Assembly (NCBI GenBank): GCA_039931165.1
Contig: JBDTSL010000002.1
Span: 7,134 to 71,133, forward strand
Length of the DNA: 64,000 nt
DNA from: Candidatus Doudnabacteria bacterium
Lineage (GTDB): Bacteria; Patescibacteriota; Doudnabacteria; UBA920; O2-02-FULL-48-8
Reading direction: 5' to 3'
The position numbers and the translations under genes are program-made. Position 1 is the stretch's first letter; every line of letters starts with the position of its first letter. This document shows positions 57,101 to 64,000 of the stretch, in pieces. The notes below the pieces were generated by a model that saw only the letters and a program-made list of their open reading frames with translations, searched no databases and was not told the DNA's origin.

Positions 57101-58081
57101 ATGAAAGATATCATTGTTTCGGGAATCCAGCCCACGGGCGAATTGCATATCGGCAATTACTTGGGCTCGCTCAAAAACTTCGTCGAGCTCCAAGGCCAGG
57201 CCAAGTGCTATTTCTTTGTCGCGGACTTGCATTCATTGACCGAAGAGTTTCAGCCGGGAAAGGCCAAACGCGAGCAAATAAAAAATCTGGTACTGACATT
57301 TCTGGCCGCCGGACTTGATCCTGAGAAATGCACTATTTTCATCCAATCTCACGTCCCTGCCCATACTGAACTGGCCTGGATTTTCAATACCATCCTGCAC
57401 ATGGGCGAACTGGAACGGATGACCCAGTTCAAAGATAAATCCGCTCGGCAAGCCGCCAACATCAATGTCGGCCTGTTCGACTATCCCGTGCTTATGGCCG
57501 CGGATATTTTGCTTTACAAAGCGACACACGTGCCGGTCGGCCATGACCAGATCCAGCATCTGGAGCTGACCAATACCATCGCCCGTAAATTTAACCATAA
57601 ATTCGGTAATACTTTCAAAGAAATCAAACCGTATATTCAAAAACCCCTCCGCATCATGAGCCTTTCGGACCCTGACCGTAAAATGAGCAAATCCGAACCC
57701 GGTTCCTATATCAACATGTTCGACTCCCCCGAAATGATCCGCAAAAAATTGGCCAAAGCCGTAACTGCCACGAATGCGCCGGAAGGACAAATGCCCAAAG
57801 GGGTTCTGAACCTGTTTGACCTCCTGCTTCAATTCGGATCAAAACCGGTTCACCAGGATTTCACCAAACAATACCACTCGGGGTTGATCAAATACTCCGA
57901 ACTCAAGGAAGTACTGGCCCAATCCATTGCCGACTACTTCGCGCCCATGCGCTCCATGCGAAAAGAGCTGGAACAAAACAGCGATCAAATCGCAGAAATT
58001 TTGGCGGAAGGCGCCGCCGCGGCCCGCAAGGTTGCGGAAGCAACCTTATCGGAAGTGAAACAGAAAATAGGTTTGATATAA
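57101..58081 (+). CDS. trpS: Tryptophanyl-tRNA synthetase
   Basis: Class I HIGH (TGELHIGNY) and KMSKS motifs. Confidence 0.9.
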   Translation: MKDIIVSGIQPTGELHIGNYLGSLKNFVELQGQAKCYFFVADLHSLTEEFQPGKAKREQIKNLVLTFLAAGLDPEKCTIFIQSHVPAHTELAWIFNTILHMGELERMTQFKDKSARQAANINVGLFDYPVLMAADILLYKATHVPVGHDQIQHLELTNTIARKFNHKFGNTFKEIKPYIQKPLRIMSLSDPDRKMSKSEPGSYINMFDSPEMIRKKLAKAVTATNAPEGQMPKGVLNLFDLLLQFGSKPVHQDFTKQYHSGLIKYSELKEVLAQSIADYFAPMRSMRKELEQNSDQIAEILAEGAAAARKVAEATLSEVKQKIGLI

Positions 58082-58121
58082 ACACGCGCTTAACCGCGTG
58101 TTTCGTGTTTCAAGGAGGCCT

Positions 58122-58442
58122 ATGAAAATTTGGATCCAGTGCCGATCTCAAGCTGACGCGCAATTTTTCGAACAGGCGGTCATCGAGGGGTATTTTGGTG
58201 AACCGCTTGCCTGCCAGATCAGTCCGCTGAACCCGTGTTCGTTGGATGTGAATTTCCGCTCATTCCCGGTTGACGATGAAAAGATCCGGATCATATCCTT
58301 TCTCGTGGAGTGGGACTACTATGAAGAAGATCTCTCGTGCGAGGATCATCTGGCGGTGGTGGTGAAAACAAACATTCCGCAGCCGGCGGATCTGAGGCGT
58401 GGAGTTCTTCTGCGGATGCGCAGCCGCAAAGCATCGGGCTGA
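58122..58442 (+). CDS. Hypothetical protein
   Basis: RBS aaggagg before the ATG at 58122; T8 terminator region follows. Confidence 0.45.
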   Translation: MKIWIQCRSQADAQFFEQAVIEGYFGEPLACQISPLNPCSLDVNFRSFPVDDEKIRIISFLVEWDYYEEDLSCEDHLAVVVKTNIPQPADLRRGVLLRMRSRKASG

Positions 58443-58491
58443 AAACAAACGAGAGCGATCGATTTGGTGTCGACTGCCCTCTTTTTTTTGT

Positions 58492-59841
58492 CTAATTTTG
58501 AATTAATTCCAAAAGCGACTGAGTAGCTACTTTCAAGGTTTCCGGATCTCTGGCTTCCACATTCAACCGGATCAAAGACTGGGTGTTTGAAGAACGGATA
58601 TTGGCGCGCCAATCTGAATACTCCAAAGACAAACCGTCCGTGCGGTCAATTGCCGAGTCTTTAAATTCTTTTTCGATGCGCTCAAAAGTTTCGGCAATCT
58701 GGCTGTCCGATTGCAGGCTGGTATTAATCTCACCCGATACAAAATATTGCTCGAAGAAAGGCTCAAACAATTCGGAAACTTTTTTACCGGATCCGGATAC
58801 GATCTCTAAGATCAGCAAAAAAGGGATCAAGCCGTTATCGCAATAAAAAAAATCTTTGAAATAAAAATGCCCGCTCATTTCGCCACCGAATACGGCATCT
58901 TCTTTTCTCATCCGTTCCTTTATAAAACTATGCCCCGCTTTATTCATCAGGGGCACGCCACCAGCCTTCGTCACCGAATCAATGGTCGCCCAAGTTGCCC
59001 TCGGATCGAAGATAATTTTTGCGCCTGGGATTTTTTGTGCAAAATATCGGCCCAAAAAAGCCGTGAGATAGTAACCAGGAATAAACCGGCCGTTCTCGTC
59101 AAAAAGAAAAAAACGGTCGGCATCGGCATCCCAGGCGGCTCCCATATCCGCCTTGGAACTTTTTACCAATTCCGTTGTTTCCGTCCGATTCTGTTCTAAA
59201 AGCGGATCCGGTGCCCCTTTTGGAAAATGGCCGTCAGGCACTTCGTTCAGCGGTACCAATTCAACCGGCAAGTTAAGCTTAAACACATTCTGAACCGCCG
59301 GGCCGAACATGCCGTTGACCACTACTTTCAGAACTTTAAGTTTTTTGGAATCGATAAAGGATGCGCATTTCGCCAGATAATCCACCGCAACGTCTTTCGT
59401 TTGTAAATTACCCGAAGTTTCGGCTTTGAATTTATAATCCGCTAAAACCAATCGCTTCAGTTCCTCGATTCCCGTATCACCTGAGGTAGGGATCGATTTC
59501 TCGCGGACTATTTTTAAACCATTGTATTCGCCCGGATTGTGAGAAGCGGAGATCATCATCCCGCCATCATAACCATAATTCGCCACAGCGAAATAAAACA
59601 TATCGGTAGTCCCGATTCCGATATCGATCACGTTCACGCCATGGTCAACCAGTCCGTTTTTAACGGCTTCAAATAAAGCGGGTCCGGACAGCCTGACGTC
59701 CCGGCTCAAGACAACTGTTTTAGGATTTACAAATTTCGCATAAGCCTGCGCGATTTTATATACCGCTTCCTCGTTTATTTGAGAAGGATATACTCCGCGG
59801 ATGTCGTAAGCTTTAAAAATTGTCGGATCGATTTTTTCCAT
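58492..59841 (-). CDS. Phosphoglucomutase/phosphomannomutase family protein
   Basis: Active-site SASHNP plus PGM/PMM domains; 449 aa. Confidence 0.85.
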   Translation of the reverse strand: MEKIDPTIFKAYDIRGVYPSQINEEAVYKIAQAYAKFVNPKTVVLSRDVRLSGPALFEAVKNGLVDHGVNVIDIGIGTTDMFYFAVANYGYDGGMMISASHNPGEYNGLKIVREKSIPTSGDTGIEELKRLVLADYKFKAETSGNLQTKDVAVDYLAKCASFIDSKKLKVLKVVVNGMFGPAVQNVFKLNLPVELVPLNEVPDGHFPKGAPDPLLEQNRTETTELVKSSKADMGAAWDADADRFFLFDENGRFIPGYYLTAFLGRYFAQKIPGAKIIFDPRATWATIDSVTKAGGVPLMNKAGHSFIKERMRKEDAVFGGEMSGHFYFKDFFYCDNGLIPFLLILEIVSGSGKKVSELFEPFFEQYFVSGEINTSLQSDSQIAETFERIEKEFKDSAIDRTDGLSLEYSDWRANIRSSNTQSLIRLNVEARDPETLKVATQSLLELIQN

Positions 59842-59862
59842 ATTAATATATCAAAGGTTGGG

Positions 59863-60153
59863 TTAATGCCGCCGAGGCCCCCATTGCCAACGCGGCTTCT
59901 CGCCAGTCTTGTAACAAATTCGGAGAAGGGTTGCGGTTAAGAGAATAGCCGGCAGAATAAAGGTAAAAGCTACTTCGCGGGCGGACGATTGTTCGTCAAT
60001 TGTAAGGGCAAAAAAAACAACAGCCGCAATATAACTCAGGATAACTGCCCATCCTTGCCACCTCGCTGGAGTCCAGCCCCAACCATAAAGCTTGGCCTTG
60101 AACCAATAACCCTCTGGGTTATCCTTCAAATATTGTAGGTATTCTTTGATCAT
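59863..60153 (-). CDS. Small membrane protein, hypothetical
   Basis: 96 aa, Trp-rich, two TM helices. Confidence 0.4.
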   Translation of the reverse strand: MIKEYLQYLKDNPEGYWFKAKLYGWGWTPARWQGWAVILSYIAAVVFFALTIDEQSSAREVAFTFILPAILLTATLLRICYKTGEKPRWQWGPRRH

Positions 60154-60275
60154 AATTACCAGTCTTCATAAAATAAAAAATTTGGATCATATCTATCAAA
60201 GTCTATCAAAATTTATCAAAATTTGCTAGAATAATCAAAGCTTTTATTATTACTTTTAATTTTTTACCGAATACG

Positions 60276-61361
60276 ATGAGTTTTGCTGTAGGAATTGTCG
60301 GCCTGCCGAACGTCGGCAAGTCAACATTATTCAACGCTTTAACGAAGCAGGCTGCGGCCGCTTCGAATTTTCCGTTCACCACTATCGATCCGAACGTGGG
60401 CATCATCAGTGTGCCTGATGAAAGACTAGCAAAACTGGCCGCCTTGGAAAAATCGGAAAAAATCGTGCCAACCTCGATCGAATTCGTGGACATCGCGGGT
60501 CTGGTCAAGGGCGCGGCAGTTGGCGCTGGCCTGGGCAATAAATTTCTGTCTCACATCCGCGAAGTGGATGCCATTGTCCAGGTTGTAAGGTTTTTTGATA
60601 ACCCGGATATTATTCATGTTGAAGGAAAAGTGGACCCCGCGCACGATATTGAAGTGATTAACATTGAACTGATGCTGGCAGACCTGTCAGTCGTGAATAA
60701 GCGCCTTGAAAGTTTGGGCAAAGAAGTCAAAGGCGGCAATTCCGCCAAAGGCGGATCCGCCTCCGGCGGAAAAGACTCCGCTATTCTAAAAACGGCGTTG
60801 GAAAAGATCAAAACCGCGCTCGACGGAGGTCTTCTGGCTAAAACAGTATCACTGACAGAAGATGAAACTAAATTGGTGAAAGGTCTCAGCTTATTAACTA
60901 TGAAGCCAACTCTCTATGTGGCCAATATCGCCCTACAACCTACTCCCTACAGCCTACCACCTGATTTTCTGCCGATCGACATAAAGATAGAATCGGAATT
61001 GGCTGAACTTGCTGACGATGAACGCGTTCTGTACATGAAAGAGCTCGGGATCAATGAATCCGGTTTAGACCGGCTGGCGGGCGCTGCTTACAAACTTTTG
61101 AATTTAATCACTTTCATCACAGCCGGACCCAAAGAGAGCAAGGCCTGGACAATAGTCAACGGAACCAAAGCGCCCCAAGCCGCCGGAGTCATCCATACTG
61201 ACTTCGAAAAAGGCTTTATCCGCGCCGAGATCATCCAATGGGACAAACTTCTCGAAGCCGGCGGCTATGGGCCCGCTAGGGACAAAGGCTGGCTTCGGGT
61301 CGAGGGTAAGGAATACGTCATGGCTGACGGCGACGTCGCGCATTTCCGAGTAAACGCCTAA
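60276..61361 (+). CDS. ychF: Ribosome-binding ATPase YchF (Obg family)
   Basis: G1 GLPNVGKST, TGS C-terminus. Carries the 36-bp in-frame insert at 60738-60773. Confidence 0.9.
   Translation: MSFAVGIVGLPNVGKSTLFNALTKQAAAASNFPFTTIDPNVGIISVPDERLAKLAALEKSEKIVPTSIEFVDIAGLVKGAAVGAGLGNKFLSHIREVDAIVQVVRFFDNPDIIHVEGKVDPAHDIEVINIELMLADLSVVNKRLESLGKEVKGGNSAKGGSASGGKDSAILKTALEKIKTALDGGLLAKTVSLTEDETKLVKGLSLLTMKPTLYVANIALQPTPYSLPPDFLPIDIKIESELAELADDERVLYMKELGINESGLDRLAGAAYKLLNLITFITAGPKESKAWTIVNGTKAPQAAGVIHTDFEKGFIRAEIIQWDKLLEAGGYGPARDKGWLRVEGKEYVMADGDVAHFRVNA
60738..60773. repeat. 36-bp palindromic in-frame insertion, copy 2
   Basis: Identical 36-mer; begins exactly on a codon boundary and encodes NSAKGGSASGGK. 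Confidence 0.8.
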
Positions 61362-62065
61362 TGACAACTAAAACAAAACCAATTTACGCACTGGGTATCG
61401 TCGCTCATCCGGATGATGAGTCGTTTCTGTTTGCCGGAACTTCGCTGATGCTGGCCAGTGAAGGAAAAAAAGTGGGAGTAGTAAGTGCTACCAAAGGCGA
61501 AATGGGAGCTGACAGGCTGAACCGCAAGCTCTCCAAAAAACAAATGGCCGTAATTCGCCTAGCCGAAGGCAAAAAAGCCGGCAAGATCATCAAATTAACT
61601 TTTGTTGATTTCCTCAATCATCCGGATGGCGGTTTGGAACAAATAAATTTTAATAAATTTGTAAAAGAATTAGTAAAAAAAATTGAACAACACAGACCAA
61701 AAATTGTTTTAACTTTTGGCCGCGAAGGGATTTCTGGACACCGCGACCACATTGCCATCCACCGCGCCACAGTCGCTGCCGTCAAACAAGCCCGCCATAA
61801 ACCTGACAGTTTATTGCTGGCCAGTTTGCCAAGTTCCGCGATGCCAGCATTTAACAAACATCTGCTGACCAGAAAAGTCCATCATTCTCATTTCAAACCT
61901 CAACCTCTCAAAGGAGTTGCGGACAATAAACTGTTGAAAATCGATATCGGAAAATTTGCCAAGCAAAAACATAAAGCTTTAAAAGCGCACGAAAGCCAGT
62001 ACCTGCCGAGTTTTGTGTTGGATGTTTTTCAAAAATACGAATGTTTTGAAGTTATTATGCCCTGA
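61361..62065 (+). CDS. PIG-L / LmbE-family N-acetylglucosaminyl deacetylase
   Basis: HPDDE motif near the N-terminus. Confidence 0.75.
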   Translation: MTTKTKPIYALGIVAHPDDESFLFAGTSLMLASEGKKVGVVSATKGEMGADRLNRKLSKKQMAVIRLAEGKKAGKIIKLTFVDFLNHPDGGLEQINFNKFVKELVKKIEQHRPKIVLTFGREGISGHRDHIAIHRATVAAVKQARHKPDSLLLASLPSSAMPAFNKHLLTRKVHHSHFKPQPLKGVADNKLLKIDIGKFAKQKHKALKAHESQYLPSFVLDVFQKYECFEVIMP

Positions 62066-62151
62066 CAAATCAAGGCTTTTGTGCTATCGTGAAGAGTAAG
62101 AATTGTCCAACCTGCATTCGTTTGGCAGGGTTTGAAATAAACAGGGGGAAC

Positions 62152-62823
62152 ATGCGTCAATTAATCATCGTTGTCGGAGTTCTGCTGTTGAGTTCTGTTG
62201 CGTCAGCGCAACAAAGAGCAATTACCCCGAAAAATTGGGTGATTTCTGCGGATGCTGCGTTCAAGTGGGTCGAACAGGTGGCTACTCCGATCCTGCTCAA
62301 GCATGCCGATGACCCGAAAGAATTGCCGGCGGTTAAAAACCGTATTGCCAAACTCCGGCAGATGCTTGAAGCTAAACAACTGGAATACTTAGCAGAGCCG
62401 TTCTTCTATCACGGAAGCAAGACTTCGCTCGGTCATACTGATTACGACCGTACTGCCCGTAGGCCGGTTCTGATGATCTTCGTTCCGGCATGGCAGGCCT
62501 ACCAAAAAACAGTAGCCCCGGGCGTGTTCGAAAACGAAATCGTGTTGGCCTATGCGCACGAAATGATCCACGTCGAGCATATGGTCAGTGGTGAATTCCC
62601 GTCGACTTTTGGCAAGCCTTGGGGCATCGACGGCATGCGTGAGGAAGCGGCCGCTTGGGGCCAAACCATCCTCGAAATCATCCGGCCTTGGAACCAGCAG
62701 GGACGGGCATTGGAACCATCTTTGATGAAACTCAGCGAACAGTTAGCTGAGGTCAAGGACGATTACAAGGACGCACGCTGGGTGCTAACATTCAGCAACT
62801 ACGAAACGAGGTTGGGGCAATGA
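62152..62823 (+). CDS. Secreted protein with an HExxH motif (putative zinc metallopeptidase-like)
   Basis: Signal peptide MRQLIIVVGVLLLSSVASA; HEMIHVEH. Confidence 0.45.
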   Translation: MRQLIIVVGVLLLSSVASAQQRAITPKNWVISADAAFKWVEQVATPILLKHADDPKELPAVKNRIAKLRQMLEAKQLEYLAEPFFYHGSKTSLGHTDYDRTARRPVLMIFVPAWQAYQKTVAPGVFENEIVLAYAHEMIHVEHMVSGEFPSTFGKPWGIDGMREEAAAWGQTILEIIRPWNQQGRALEPSLMKLSEQLAEVKDDYKDARWVLTFSNYETRLGQ

Positions 62824-62850
62824 CATTGTTCATCGCCTTCTTTTTTTGCC

Positions 62851-62879
62851 TTGACGCTTTATCCGATTCTTGCTAAAAT
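62851..62879 (+). promoter_or_regulatory. Promoter TTGACG-N17-TAAAAT upstream of rpsF
   Basis: Seen directly; a hairpin cggcaag-caattga-cttgccg lies in the leader. Confidence 0.5.
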
Positions 62880-62948
62880 GGCAAAGCTTTTACAATTTAA
62901 CTCAATATTCGGCAAGCAATTGACTTGCCGATAGAAAGATCACTTTCT

Positions 62949-63404
62949 ATGCCAAAATATGAGCTGATGTATATATTATCTTCAGCCGTCTCCGACAACG
63001 ACGTGCCGACAATTTCAGCGGAAGTCGATAAATTTCTGACTGACGCCGCCGGCACGATACTTACCACAGAAATGCTGGGTAAGAAAAAATTGGCCTATCC
63101 AATCAAGAAAACCCGGAACGGTTTTTATGTTCTGGAAACTTTTAATTTGGAAGGCGGTAAACTAACGGGTTTGGACAACAAGTTGCGGAGCATGGAACCG
63201 ATCATCCGCTATCTGGTCGTGAGCCTGGATGAACAGGAGCGCCGGGCGGCCAAAGACAAAACTGTTCAGGATAAGATGAAAGCCGCCCGCAAACCGCAAA
63301 AAATAGAAACCGCCGAGCCGGCTGTACCGGAAGTCAAGCTAACCGAAACCGAGCTTGAGCAAAAAATCGATAAAGCCCTGGAATCGGAAGACTTGGCAAA
63401 ATAA
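62949..63404 (+). CDS. rpsF: 30S ribosomal protein S6
   Basis: MPKYELMYIL... S6 family with an acidic C-terminal tail. Confidence 0.85.
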   Translation: MPKYELMYILSSAVSDNDVPTISAEVDKFLTDAAGTILTTEMLGKKKLAYPIKKTRNGFYVLETFNLEGGKLTGLDNKLRSMEPIIRYLVVSLDEQERRAAKDKTVQDKMKAARKPQKIETAEPAVPEVKLTETELEQKIDKALESEDLAK

Positions 63405-63496
63405 GTATTCAGTGGCCAGTATTCAGTATTGAGAGATTATCCTCTCAATACTATATACTGCATACTGTATACTCTAATAAGAATTAACTTAAATAT

Positions 63497-63958
63497 ATGG
63501 ATTTAAATAAAGTCATGATCATCGGGCGACTGACCCGCGACCCGGAAGTCCGCACCACCTCCACCGGCACCAACGTAGCCTCGTTTTCTGTGGCCACCAG
63601 CTTCAACTGGACCGACCAGCAGGGGCAAAAAAAAGAACAAACCGAATTTCACAACGTCGTGGCCTGGCGCAAACTTGCCGACATTATCGGCCAGTATCTG
63701 AAAAAAGGCACACAGGTTTACATCGAAGGACGCCTGCAAACCTCATCCTGGGACGACAAGACCAGCGGACAAAAACGCTATAAAACGGAAATTATCGCCG
63801 ACAACATGATCATGCTGGCACGCGCCGGAAGCTCATCCGGCACTCCCTCAGGTGCCGCCTCATCCTCAATCCCAAATCAAACTCCATTAGGACAACAGCC
63901 GGAACCCAAATCCGATATCCCGGAAATTCAAATTGACGACTCGGATATTCCGTTCTAA
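63497..63958 (+). CDS. ssb: Single-stranded DNA-binding protein
   Basis: OB fold plus a Gly/Ser-rich tail ending DDSDIPF. Confidence 0.9.
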   Translation: MDLNKVMIIGRLTRDPEVRTTSTGTNVASFSVATSFNWTDQQGQKKEQTEFHNVVAWRKLADIIGQYLKKGTQVYIEGRLQTSSWDDKTSGQKRYKTEIIADNMIMLARAGSSSGTPSGAASSSIPNQTPLGQQPEPKSDIPEIQIDDSDIPF

Positions 63959-64000
63959 CAAGTATCCAGAGACAGTATATAGTATTGAGAGACAAATACT

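Overview
This window reads as a roughly 45% GC chromosomal segment of a small-genome bacterium, mostly on the minus strand. Most of it is ordinary housekeeping content: cyclophilin, comEC, hisS, a B12-dependent class II ribonucleotide reductase with nrdR, ftsA-ftsZ, rpsU, lepB, der, pth, dprA, topA, hrcA-grpE-dnaK-dnaJ, uvrA, uvrC, secG, rnj, trpS, ychF, rpsF-ssb and three tRNAs. The standout feature is a compositionally foreign island of about 6.5 kb and roughly 60% GC at 11561-18110, inserted just downstream of ftsZ. It carries six co-oriented nucleotide-biosynthesis homologs: PyrD-like, PyrF-like, PyrE-like, PyrC-like, PurB-like and PurC-like, with the purC-like gene translationally coupled to a 29-codon hydrophobic mini-ORF. 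The genes are separated by a four-times repeated terminator-plus-promoter cassette. PyrB and CarAB are absent, while the PurC/PurB pair (Asp ligation then fumarate elimination) sits in their place. I therefore suggest a non-canonical, possibly carbamoyl-phosphate-independent pyrimidine pathway, or a modified-nucleotide pathway. This is inference. The second notable point is the number of small repeat families. There is an identical 36-bp palindromic in-frame insertion in two unrelated genes (a peptide-binding protein and ychF). There are two MITE-like families that donate stop codons or 5' leaders to genes. A 14-mer occurs three times, flanking capA. A 17-bp palindrome sits at two gene ends. 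Several long perfect hairpins are present. There is also a coherent B12-salvage plus nrdJ-nrdR locus with candidate NrdR boxes, a promoter-hairpin-terminator leader or sRNA upstream of a cyanophycin-synthetase-like ATP-grasp gene, and an ORF-poor GC-rich 740-bp region that may hold a structured RNA.
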